A stretch of 64,000 nt of DNA from Octopus sinensis (GCF_006345805.1 NC_043017.1:14074001-14138000); one strand, 5' to 3'. Positions 49,590 through 61,254 are shown, counted from the stretch's first letter. A program made the numbers and translations. Notes: a model not told the origin generated them from the sequence alone.

Positions 49590-50690
49590 ACCTAGATTTC
49601 CAGATGGATGAGCACCCAATGTACGTAAGAGTGTTTGATTCAGTAATTACTTCACAGGAATAAACTATATTTTTTGCTAAGCAATTTCCACGTAAGGGAC
49701 AAGCTGTTGCATCTACACAATTGCATCCGAAATTGCAATTTTCTGGCCGTCTGTTATTAATCCGCGCCCGGATAATTTCGGTATGGTTGTTGTCAAGGTT
49801 ACTATTATTAATGTAGTTATAGTTGTTATCAACGTTAAATTCGCTGTTTAGCATCAAAGCTGTAGGGATAATGACTTGGCTATTATTAATTTCATTACTA
49901 CCAATATTAACTCCTGGATTGTTGGGGTTTGATTGATCATTATTATTTACTCCTAAACTAGCTATTTTAATTTTGGTTTTATTATGTTTAGCTATGAGGC
50001 AGCTCATGTTAAGTAGAGTTGAGTATGAGATCCTAATAGTTTTATTTGAAAAACCCATGCTAGCATGGAAAGCGGACGTTAAACGATGATGATGATGATG
50101 ATACTACTATATTTATGAGTGGGTGGAAAGTTATTAGATATGATTGAAAATATTTTTTTTGCATAATTTGCCCTTAACTGGTATATTATATGGTATGTTA
50201 TACCATATATAGTTACGTAATCTACCGTTCTTACTCTTGTGTCTTCTAGTATTATCTCTGATACTCCTATCGGTAGAGTTTTTACTAACTAAATTTCTAT
50301 TGGTGTGATTTCTATCTGTTTGTTTCTTAATCCTGTTTGAATTTAAATTAGAATTTCTGTTAGTTGTATCTGTGTTTTTATTGCAACTATTTATATTAAT
50401 TTCATTTAAATTTAAATGATTGGTTCTGGAATCCTTAATTCAATTATGTGATGGAGTTTTATTGATGACGGATGTTCTAGGCGGTTTATCATATGATTTT
50501 TTACCAAAAGATATTTTCTGGGAGTATCCAGCTCTAGAGAGGGCTCGGTTATAGAGATGCGCATGATCACTGAAGATACTATTGTTTGATGATAACTTAG
50601 TTAGTCTGTCAGAGACAGCTTGGACTGTGGCATCAACTATACAGGGTAGGTGATTGGATGATGTGTTAATATATCTAGTGGTTTCCATAT
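49590..50690 (-). mobile_element. Second Naiad-like PLE fragment, related to 28983-33290
   Basis: [23 protein letters not shown] and CNCVDATACPLRGNCLAKNIVYSC..YIG; both ends lost at TA tracts. Confidence 0.88.
50052..50102 (+). mobile_element. About 50-bp extremely 5'-truncated RTE tail inserted into the PLE fragment
   Basis: AACCCATGCTAGCATGGAAAGCGGACGTTAAAC(GAT)n interrupts FSNK/..YRSI. Confidence 0.85.
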
Positions 50691-50761
50691 ATACGCATAT
50701 ATATATATATGCACACACACACGCATATACATATATACATATATATACATATATACATACA

Positions 50762-50801
<40 letters not shown>

Positions 50802-50850
50802 CATACATATATATATACATATATATATACATACATATATATATACATAC

Positions 50851-50885
<35 letters not shown>

Positions 50886-50945
50886 CATACATATATATAT
50901 ACATCATATATATATACATACATATATATATACATACATATATAC

Positions 50946-50976
<31 letters not shown>

Positions 50977-51380
50977 CATATACATACATATATATATCAT
51001 ACATATATATACATATATATATACATATATACATATACATACATATATATATACATATATACATATACATACATATATATATACATACATATATATATCA
51101 TATATATACATAATTATATATATATATACATACATATATTATATACATACATATATATATATACATACATATATATATATACATACATATATATATATAC
51201 ATACATATATATATATACATACATACATATATACATATATATATACATACATACATATATATATATACATATATATATATACATACATACATATACACAT
51301 ACATCTATATATACATATATATACATACATACATATACACATACATCTATATATACATATACACATATTTATATACATAC
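50690..51380. repeat. (TA)n/(TACA)n compound microsatellite
   Basis: Seen directly. Confidence 0.95.
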
Positions 51381-51381
51381 A

Positions 51382-51773
51382 CTAGCAGTATCGCCCGGCG
51401 TTGCTCGGGTTTGTAAGGGAAATAATTATATAAGCATTTTTAGAGATGTAAAGTATAATAGCCATCTCAATATGGCTAACCACAAAGGGGGAGGGGTGTT
51501 ACTGTAGCTTTTTACGTTCTGAGATTTAATAATAAATTTTAGAGAGTTACTTCCCTTATATGTCAAAAATGGATTAAAAATGGGAAAAATTGATGGTAAA
51601 TTTTTTTTTAAATCGTAGACTCATCGTAGACACGCGCTAATACCCAGACGGTCTCGATATGAATCACGACTATAAGATACCCGGTTTTGGTTAAACTGCA
51701 CCGCAAAATGTGGAGTAGTTAGGAATCTAAATCGTAGGAGACAGACACACAACCTCACTTTTATATATAAAGA
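51382..51773 (-). mobile_element. Non-autonomous Helitron, 392 bp, complete
   Basis: Minus strand reads A|TCTTTATATAT...CCCG-AGCAACGC-CGGG...CTAG|T: 5' TC, subterminal hairpin, 3' CTAG, inserted between A and T. Confidence 0.9.
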
Positions 51774-51836
51774 TTTCCTCTATTTACATAATATTGAGGT
51801 CTCTTTCTTTCTTTTGTTATCTTACTGTTTTTACCA

Positions 51837-51910
<74 letters not shown>

Positions 51911-51986
51911 AATATATATATAGTTACAGAGATGTACTTGCATAGCAAGTGACTTGATCTGAGATCGTGTGCTGGAACGAAAACAG

Positions 51987-52245
51987 TTGCAGCGTTGAAG
52001 GTGTTTATAAGCCATTTAAGAAACAACAAAAAACCGTTAGATTCACTTCAACATTTAAATTTAATTTGTCAAAATATTTTCATCGATTTGAGACCGCGAC
52101 CTGTTAGCACGATATTTTTGTCAGTGAACAGGTCGCGGTCTCAAAGCGACAAAAATATTTTGGCAAATTAAATTTAAATGTTGAAGTGAATCTAACGGTT
52201 TTTGTGTGTTTCTTAAATGGCTTACAAACACCTTCCACGCTGCAA
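51987..52245. repeat. 119-bp inverted repeat (51987-52105 / 52127-52245), about 92% identical, 21-nt spacer
   Basis: Arms compared by hand; about 9 mismatches. Confidence 0.92.
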
Positions 52246-52329
52246 TATATATATACACACATATATATATATGTATGTATGTATGTATGTGTGTATATGT
52301 GTATGCATGTATGTGTGTGTGTGTGCGTG

Positions 52330-52520
52330 TCTGTGCTTGTGATTGTCCTCCACCACTGCTTGACAACGAATGTTAGTTTGTTTACATCCCTGTCACCTAG
52401 TGGTTTGACAAAGGAAACAGATAGAATATGTACAATGCTTACAAAAATAAAAGTGGAGTTGATTCTTTAAACTACAATTCTTCAAGGCATTGCCCCAGCA
52501 TGGCCACAGACCAATGGCTG
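52330..52520 (+). mobile_element. Old SINE 3' half
   Basis: CCACCACTGCTTGACAAC...GATAGAAT...CCCAGCATGGCCACAG resembles the young SINE 3' half. Confidence 0.65.
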
Positions 52521-52602
52521 GAAAAAGCAGAAGAATAAAAGAATACATTCTCTGCTTTGGTCAAGGCATGAGAAAGCTTGAGTTTACATGAGAAGGCCTA
52601 AC

Positions 52603-52978
52603 AGACCTGGTAGAAACAGCAGCCAAATCTCCCTCAAATCACACCTTACTGTCTTATGTATGTATATATATATGAGCCAATGAGGGGGACCTCTACATGG
52701 TAGCTAGACCTGGTAGAAATAGCAGCCAAATTTCCCCCAAATCACACCTTACTGTCTTATCTATGTATATATGTATGTATGAGCCTATGAGGGAGACCCC
52801 TACATGGTCGCTAGACCTGGTAGAAATAGCAGCCAAATTTCCCCCAAATCACACCTTACTGTCTTATCTATGTATATATGTATGTATGAGCCTATGAGGG
52901 AGACCCCTACATGGCAGCTAGACATGGTAGAAATAGCAGCCAAATCTCCCTCAAATCACACCTTACTGTCTTATCTTT
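52603..52978. repeat. Tandem array of about 3.6 x 107 bp
   Basis: AGAC(C/A)TGGTAGAAA at 52603, 52706, 52813 and 52920; units 2 and 3 look identical. Confidence 0.92.
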
Positions 52979-53710
52979 CTGCTACTTGGATATAGGTGTT
53001 ATATTCGTCGTAAAAAACTTTCCTATCACACACTCACGCACACGCACACACACACACACACGCACCCTCACACACCACACACACGCGCGCACCCCACACA
53101 CACCCACTCACACACCGCACGTTAGCTTACAATTTTATTTATATATTTGCGTGTGTATGTGTGGAAAGAGGAAGTGGGAAGCAGAGTGAAAGAATCACTC
53201 ACTACAGTAAGTCAATTACTTTCATTTTATTCGTTGCCCACTGTGTGTGTGCGTTTGCGTGTGGTGTAAACCAGACTAAGAAAAGCATTTGACACACACA
53301 CCAGAATGTGAGTTTTCTGTAAATTTTGCTTAATTGGAGTTTAAATTTTAAAAACTGGACCTGGCATGACGCGATGCATTGTACTCTTAAAACTGCTAGG
53401 TAAATTGTAATTGAAGAAATCCTATATTGTAGATTTGTATAACTCCCAAAGGGAGGCAGATAAAATCTGCCTTTTATAATAAGAGATACATCTATATACA
53501 TATATACATACATACATCTATATACATATATACATATACATACATATACATATATAATATATACATATAGACACATATACATATACATAATATATATATC
53601 TATACATATATATAGACAAATGCATATACATATATAAATTTACATATATAAATACATACATATATATATATATACATATATATATACATACATATATATA
53701 TATATATACA

Positions 53711-53770
<60 letters not shown>

Positions 53771-55058
53771 CGAGGGGCGTTCAATAAGTAATGCACCTGA
53801 CCCACTTCCCATAGCAGTAGAGCAACGAAACTTGGCACAGTTATTAGTCTTTTTCTACATAGGAACCACTCAGAGTTACGCATTTCTCCCATCGTTTGAT
53901 ACAGCTCTGGAGACCGTTTTTGTAGAAGAACCCAGCTTGGTCCTCCAACCTCAACATGACTTCAGAAATCAAGGCTGCATCATCTGGGAAACGCTTTCCT
54001 TTCAAAAACAACTTCATGACTGGGAAGAGATAAAAATCAGAGGGTGCAAGGTCAGGAAAGTAGGGGGGATGGGGAGGAGTTCATAGCCATACGCCTGTGC
54101 TTCTGATCTGGCGACACGCGAGTTGTGGACCGGAGCGTTGTCCTGCAGGAGGAGGATGCCTTTGCTGATCTTGCCCCGCCTCTTGATTTTGATAGCTTCT
54201 CTTAATTTCCTCAAAAGTGAAGCATAATAGGCTCCTGCAATTGTGGTACCCTTTGCCAGGAAATCTGTCATCACTACTCCGTCCTGGTCCCAGAAGACTG
54301 TGAGCATGACCTTGCCAGCGGAGGGCTGCACCCTTGCCTTCTTTGGAGGGGGTGAGTCACGGTGCTTCCACTGCATTGACTGGGCTTTGGTCTCTGGATC
54401 ATAGTGATGGACCCAGGTTTCATCCTGTGTAATCAGTCTTTTGAAAAATTTTGACTCATCTTCTTGGCACATCTCCAAATTCACCCTCGAGCACTCGACC
54501 GTTCTTTCTTGCTTCTGGAAAGGCATGAGCAACCTGGGAATCCATCTGGCAGACACCTTTTGCATATGCAAATGGTCATGAATGATAGTTTCCACAGACC
54601 CGGTACTAATCTTGACCTCATGGGCTATTTGGCGAATAATTATGCGTCGATCTTCCAAAATGGCAGCCTCAACTTGACGGACAGATGCCTCATCAATGGC
54701 AGAAGGGGGGCAACCAGATCTGGGAGCTGTTTCCACAGAGTTCCGACCATGTTTGAATTCACGATGCCAGCGTTTTACAAGGTCATATGATGGGGCATCA
54801 TCACCATAAGTTACTTTCATTTCATCAAAAGTCTCCCATGGTGTGCGTCCTTTCAAATACAAAAACCGGATCACTGCTCGACACTCAACAGGCTCCATTT
54901 CACACTTGACTCGGTTCAAACACCTGTAAATCAGAAACCACAATTAATTCAGAGCTGTAATTTGCCACTTAGAGATATAAATAATTGCACATGCAAAATT
55001 TCAGCTAGATCAAACAACTGCAAGTGAGTCAGAGGCATTACTTATTGAACGTCCCTTG
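53771..55058 (-). mobile_element. Full-length mariner (1288 bp), D,D34D transposase with a single frameshift
   Basis: ITRs CGAGGGGCGTTCAATAAGTAATGC / GCATTACTTATTGAACGTCCCTTG with TA on both sides; ATG at 54898, WIPRLL, QDETW, LQDNAPVH, Y(F)PDLAPSD, TAA at 53846-53844; 1-nt loss in a C-run near 54066. Confidence 0.95.
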
Positions 55059-55092
55059 TATGTACATATATACATACATATATATCTATGTA

Positions 55093-57093
55093 CATCATCA
55101 TCATCATCATCGTTTAGCATCCGTTTTCCATGCTAGCATGGGTTGGACGGTCCTACTGGGGTCTGTGAAGCCAGAAGGCTTCATCAGGCCCAGTCAAATC
55201 TGGCAGTGTTTCTACGGCTGGATGCCCTTCCTAACGCCAACCACTCCGTGAATGTAGTGGGTGCTTTTTACGTGCCACCCGCACAGGTGCCAGACGAGGC
55301 TGGCAAATGGCCACGAACGGATGGTGCTTTTTACGTGCCACTTCCTTTTGCTTTTTACGTGCCATTTCCTTGGTGAGACCTAAAGTTCGAAGGTCGTGCT
55401 TCACCACCTCGTCCCAGGTTTTCCTGGGTCTGCCTCTTCCGCATGTTCCCTCAACCATAAGGGTGTGGCACTTTTTCACACAACTATCTTCATTCATTCT
55501 CGCCACATGACCATACCAGCGCAAACGTCTCTCTTGCACACCACAACTGATGCTTCTTAGGTCAAACTTTTCTCTCAAGGTACTTACACTCTGCCGACTA
55601 TGAACACTGACATTACACACCCATCGGAGCATACTGGCTTCATTTCTTGCGAGCTTACGCATATCCTCAGCAGTCACGGCCCATGTTTCACTGCCATGTA
55701 GCATGGCTGTTCGTACACATGCATCATACAGTCTGCCTTTCACTCTGTGCGAGAGGCCTTTTGTCACCAGCAGAGGTAAGAGCTCTCTGAACTTTGCCCA
55801 AGCTATTCTTACTCTAGCAGTTACACTTTCAGCACACCCGCCCCCGCTGCTGACTTGGTGACCTAGGTAACGGAAGCTATCAACTATTTCTAGTTTTTCT
55901 CCCTGGAATGTGGCAGAAGTTGGTCTCCGAGCATTTTCAGTGTTTATTGCTCCTGAGCATCTGCCACAAACAAAAACTATCTTCCTAGTTAGCCTTCCTT
56001 TGACATTGCTGCACCTCTTATGTGTCCATAGCTTACACTTGGTGCATCTTATAGAGTTTCTACCTACACCTTTTCTACAGATCGAGCAGGGCCATCTACC
56101 TGAAGGCGTTTGTGATTTGTCTACCTTCCTATTGATTACGACTTTGGTTTTAGCTAGATTGACTCTGAGGCCCTTCGATTCTAATCCTTGTTTCCACACC
56201 TGAAACTTCTCCAGTTCTGATAGCGACTCAACAATTAGAGCAAGGTCATCAGCATAGTGGAGCTCCCAAGGGCATCCTGTCTTGAATTCCTCCGTTATTG
56301 CCTGGAGGACTATGATAAGTAGGAGGGGGCTGAGGACTGAGCCTTGGTGGACCCCAACCTCTACCCGGAATTCTTCACTGTACTCGTTGCCAACCCTCAC
56401 CTTACTAGCAGCGTCCCTATACATTGCCAGCACAGCTCTCACTAACCATTCATCTATCCCTAGTTTCCTCATTGACCACCAGATAAGGGATCGGGGGACC
56501 CTGTTGAAGGCTTTCTCCATGTCAACAAAAGCCAGGTACAGGGGCTTATCTTTGGCTTGGTATTTCTCCTGCAGTTGCCTTACCAGGAATATAGCATCAG
56601 TAGTACTTTTCCCTGGCACAAACCCAAACTGCATCTCATCTAAACTAACTCTCTCTCTAATTAGTTGGGCTATGACCCTCTCTGTAACCTTCATCACCTG
56701 ATCCAACAGCTTGATACCTCTGTAGTTATTTGTATCTAGGGCGTCACCTTTACCTTTGTAGCAGTTGATTATTATGCTGCTACACTAGTCCTTGGGTATG
56801 ACTCCTTCATGTATCACCTGATTAACTATATGGGTGACTAGGCTATAGCCGACACTACCAGACATTTTGAGCATCTCTGCAGTGATTCCTGATGGGCCTG
56901 GGGCTTTCCCTGTCTTCATGCTTCTAATTGCCTTAGCTACCACGGAACTATCAACTCGGATAGCTGGTCCCTGTGTTGGGTCAACATTCGGCAGACTCTC
57001 TTTATCCCATTCATTTTCTTTATTCAGCAACCTTTCATAGTGGCGTCTCCAAACCTCTCTCTTTGCATCCTCATTTAGCGCAAGTGAACCATC
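55093..57093 (-). mobile_element. RTE LINE copy 4 (5'-truncated; open 491-aa RT+PHD ORF; deletion fuses the ORF end to the VNTR)
   Basis: ORF 55231-56706; (TGA)n tail; TGG to TAG change near 56786. Confidence 0.94.
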
Positions 57094-57100
57094 TTGCGCA

Positions 57101-57230
57101 CTTTATTTAAAGCAGCAGAAAATTCAACAAAACCTGTTACTCTGAGTTTTCCGTTGCCGTTCATCGGACAGTTTTTGCTAGAAACTCAGAGTAACAGGTT
57201 TTGTTGAATTTTCTGCTGCTTTAAATAAAG
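57101..57230. repeat. Perfect 49-bp inverted repeat with a 32-nt spacer
   Basis: 57101-57149 is the exact reverse complement of 57182-57230. Confidence 0.96.
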
Positions 57231-57324
57231 CATATTACTCTACCACTGGTATTTGAGTACTCTTTTTTCCACCTTGTTTCACATTTATGTGTTTACTCCA
57301 GTATTATATATATATATATATATA

Positions 57325-58138
57325 CAAAATAAGAAAATGGAGGAATAGATTTCTTTCAATCATCAACTACTCAATAATATCAATTCATATAATTTATTAA
57401 CTAATTATTTAGGAACTGGCGTGCTATACTGTATTGTATTATATTATGCTGATGCTGTATTTTATGTGGCATTTTCCATCTACTATGTATTGTGAATAGC
57501 AGAATGCACATATTCTTTATTGGTATCATTAATAATAATAATAATAATAATATTAATAGCCTTTTGTAATGTAATACAATGAACTCTGGACTTTGTATAT
57601 GTACATTTTGATGTGGATATATATATGTATGTATATTCTAGTATATAGATTTGATTAACTGTGACCTTATGTGTATGTATATTATTATGTATATACTTAT
57701 ATATATGTATATGTAGGTGTATATACACTTATATGTATATGTATATATGTATATATACTTATTCTTGTATATGTGTACCTTCTCTAATATTCATATTTGC
57801 ACTTTATATCTTCATTTTATACCTTTATAATTGTACTTTATAATCTCTGACGAGGCCTTGAGATATATATATATAAGTAACTCATTTATAACTGCATCTG
57901 ACTAATATGAGCATAATGAGATACTCTTATCTACAGGCTGAAACAGCTGTAAGATCCATTTTATATTTATATGTATTGTTCTTATGGTATTATCTTACTT
58001 ATTGATGCGTACTGTTTTATTCTGTAGTATTCTGTTTGATCTGGATGTTCCTAAATAATTAGTTAATAAATTACATGAATTGGTATTATCTAGTAGTTGA
58101 TGATTGAAAGAAATCTATTCCTCCATTTTCTTATTTTG
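57325..58138 (+). mobile_element. 814-bp non-coding element with 92-bp terminal inverted repeats and an internal hammerhead (PLE-derived fold-back or MITE)
   Basis: Arms 57325-57416 and 58047-58138 have 4 mismatches; TA on both flanks. Confidence 0.75.
57843..57955 (+). ncRNA. Minimal type-I hammerhead ribozyme motif (stem III CAGCUG), intact core, long stem II insertion
   Basis: AUCU-CUGACGA-GGCCU...AGGCU-GAAA-C AGCU G-UA-AGAU; predicted cleavage after 57951. Confidence 0.82.
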
Positions 58139-58345
58139 TATTATGAATTTGAGGTAAAACATTTTACCTTCGCCCATATAATACAATAAATGAATTAATT
58201 GCATTGCAATTCTTAGCATTTATGTATTAGCCTTTCTGGGTACTTTACTGGCAGTATATTGGATAAATGATATCCCATAGTGGGTTACACTTATAACCCC
58301 TATCTCACTTTGTAATTATATATATACATATACATACACACACAC

Positions 58346-58395
<50 letters not shown>

Positions 58396-59116
58396 TAGAA
58401 GGTTTGGAGATGATGTACAGGTATTTTATATTAGAAGAAATGAGGTACTCAGAAATTCAGATGGTTTTATATTTACTGATATTTATTTGTAAATTACATG
58501 TTTTTATACATCATATAACTTAGATCATGTATTAGCGCTTTCTCCCATTCTAGTGGGGTTTTCAAATCAAACTACGTTCCTGTGTGAAAAGTTTTGACCA
58601 TTTTATAATGTTTTTGAGTTTGTAGTGGTGGGGAGGAATATAAGACAGTACAAGAGGGTGATGGATGAGGAGAAAGTGAGAGGGAGGGAGAGAGAGCATG
58701 TGTGTGTGTGTGTGTGTGTTTGTATTTGGAATGAGTGCTAAAGAAAAAGAGGGGAAGAGAGAGAGAAGAAGAAAAAAAAAATTTTATTTTGCTCTGCTGG
58801 ACAGGAAGTTTACTCCAAAGGGCGTCTAAGAACTTGGGGGAAAAGAATTTCAGTTTTGACCATTTCATAGTGTTATTGAGTGTGTGGTGGCGGGGAGGTA
58901 GACCATAAATTATATTTCCTTTTTATCATTGTGAGAGAGAGTGTGTGTGTGTGTTTAATGAGGGATGGTCAAATGGTTTTGGGGTTTAGAGAAGAATTCT
59001 TTTTATTATTGTTTTGTGGAGGTGTGTCTGTAAGTTTGGAGAAGGGAAGAAAGGAGAAGAGGAAAAAAAAAAGGAAGGAGAAATAATTATGTTGATATTT
59101 ATACCACTATATATAT

Positions 59117-59151
<35 letters not shown>

Positions 59152-59529
59152 GATATATATATACACATATATACTAAATGCTCCACTATGTTAAATTGTA
59201 AATTGAAAGATTTGTCCTTCAATGTATGATGAGTAAAATTTCATAAAGTCCATACTTGAAAAAGAGATTCTCCTGTGTTGAAGTTACAAATGACAGAATA
59301 CAAACTGACAACTACTGAGTCTTTTCTCCTCATCCATCACCCTCTTGTGATTGTACGCTGAGGATAGGTCAATACCTAGAAATTGCAGTCCATGCGTATC
59401 ACTTAGGTTGACGAGGGAACGATGACCTCCCTTTGCAAATACCATAAGAGCACAGAAAGTGTGCCTTAAGTCAGCTGGAGACGATGTTCTCCTGGGCCTA
59501 CAAGCTACAAGCCACCCTTAGTGGTTAGC

Positions 59530-59912
59530 CATATTGAGATGGAAAGTATACCTCACATCAAAAAAGCTCAACAAATGGGTACCACATGGTTTGCTTGAAA
59601 ATCAGAAAATGCACAGATATGAAATTTACTTGTCACTTCATCTCCATAACCAGACCAAATCCGAGCTGTTTGGTTTTGTACAGCTGGACTCATCCACTAT
59701 AACTTCTTAAAACCCAGGGAAACTATTACTGCAAAAAAAATATTGCCAAAATGAACAAAAACCTACTACTCCTCTGTCCCAGACTGGTCAACAGAAGAGG
59801 GCCAGTCATTCTTCATGACAATGCTCAACCACACGCTTCACTAATGACGCTCCAGAAGTTGAGGGAACTTGGCTATGAAGTTCTTCCCCACCCTGCTTAT
59901 TCACCAGACCTT
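59530..59912 (+). mobile_element. Mariner relic (catalytic region)
   Basis: KWVPHGL and ILHDNAQPH...LPHPAYSPDL. Confidence 0.82.
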
Positions 59913-60940
59913 TGTCGCCATCCTGGTAATGTGCACTTGAAAAGAAGTATCATCACTCATGTCGATACTTAGGTCCCTCACTGATTTAGGCTCTAGGATT
60001 GAAATTCCCTGTGGACCAGTGTACCCTGTAAGTTTCATATTCAGTTTTGGAAGCTGCTAGTGCAGGGCTTGGAATTTTTCAGCATTAAACTGCATATTAT
60101 TATCCTCAGCCCATCTGCAAATTGAGTCCAACTCCTGCTGCAGATGTGCAACATTGCTGGCGTTCTGTGTTTTCTGCGAGACTTTTGTATCATCTGCATA
60201 GCTTGCAAGGGTGGCTATCCGGGCATTTGAGGGCATATCTGAGTGGGCCACTATGAAAAGCAGTGATCCCAAGACAGTGCCCTGTGGAACACCATTCACT
60301 ATCTGTGTTTTCATTGAGGTGGCTCCATTACCCACTACTGCCTGACTCCTATCTTTCATAAAGTCATGTAACCACTCTCCAAATTTTCCAGCTTTGCTGA
60401 AACCACGCAGTTTGTGGCATATCATACCATGATCCACGTTGTCAAACACTTTGGCAAAATCTAAGTATATTACATCCACATTTGAGTTGTTGAGTAACTG
60501 CCTCAACACCCAGTCATAATGTTGTAAGAGCTGAGTCAGGCACCTCCTACTTAGTCGAAAGCCATGCTGGGTATCACTCAGCAAGTTATTTTCTTCAAGG
60601 AATGTGATTAGTTTCCCTCTTACTATCCGTTCCATAACTTTGCTGATGTGTTAAGTCAGAGACATAGGACTATAGTTTTTGGCATCTGCTCTGCTTCCCA
60701 CTTAATCGATTGGGCATATTATTCCCTCCTTCAGCTTGCTTGGCAGTCTGCCATTTGCAAGAAAGCTCTGGAAGAGAATCTGGAGGGGTTTTGCCAGGGC
60801 ATGCTTACATGATTTGAGGAAGATTGCTGGGAAACCATCAGGATCAGCAGTTGAGTTTGCATCCATCTCATCTATGGCTAGTAGTATACCTTTTTCGCTA
60901 TCAGTGTGTGTATTCCATCGTAATTACATTGCTGCTTATA
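59913..60940 (-). mobile_element. CR1/L2-group LINE RT fragment
   Basis: QHGFR, VIYLDFAKVFD.VDH, GVPQGTVLG and YADDTK. Confidence 0.9.
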
Positions 60941-60995
60941 GGTGAGGTGGCAAAGAGATCCACTGGTTCATTCACTTGTCTGTGTTAGAGCATAT

Positions 60996-61030
<35 letters not shown>

Positions 61031-61070
61031 GTATGTATATATGTAGTATGTATATATATATATATATATA

Positions 61071-61251
61071 CAAATAATTACAGAGGTATCAAGCTGTTGG
61101 ATCAGGTAATGAAGGTTACAGAGAGGGTCATAGCCCAACTGATTAGGGAGAGAATCAGCTTAGATGAGATGCAGTTTGGTTTCGTGCCAGGGAAAAGCAC
61201 CACTGATGCCATATTTCTGGTAAGACAGCTGCAAGAGAAATACCTAGCCAA
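61071..61251 (+). mobile_element. 181-bp internal RT fragment of the young RTE family, lacking any 3' tail
   Basis: NNYRGIKLLDQVMKVTERVIAQ...LQEKYLAK is near-identical to copies 1-4. Confidence 0.9.
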
Positions 61252-61254
61252 GCT

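Noticed and set aside
58529-58570. Minus-strand UUGAAAA-CCCA..UGGG-A-GAAA-GCGC-UA motif
   Set aside because: Too many core mismatches and no convincing stem I; at most a decayed relic.
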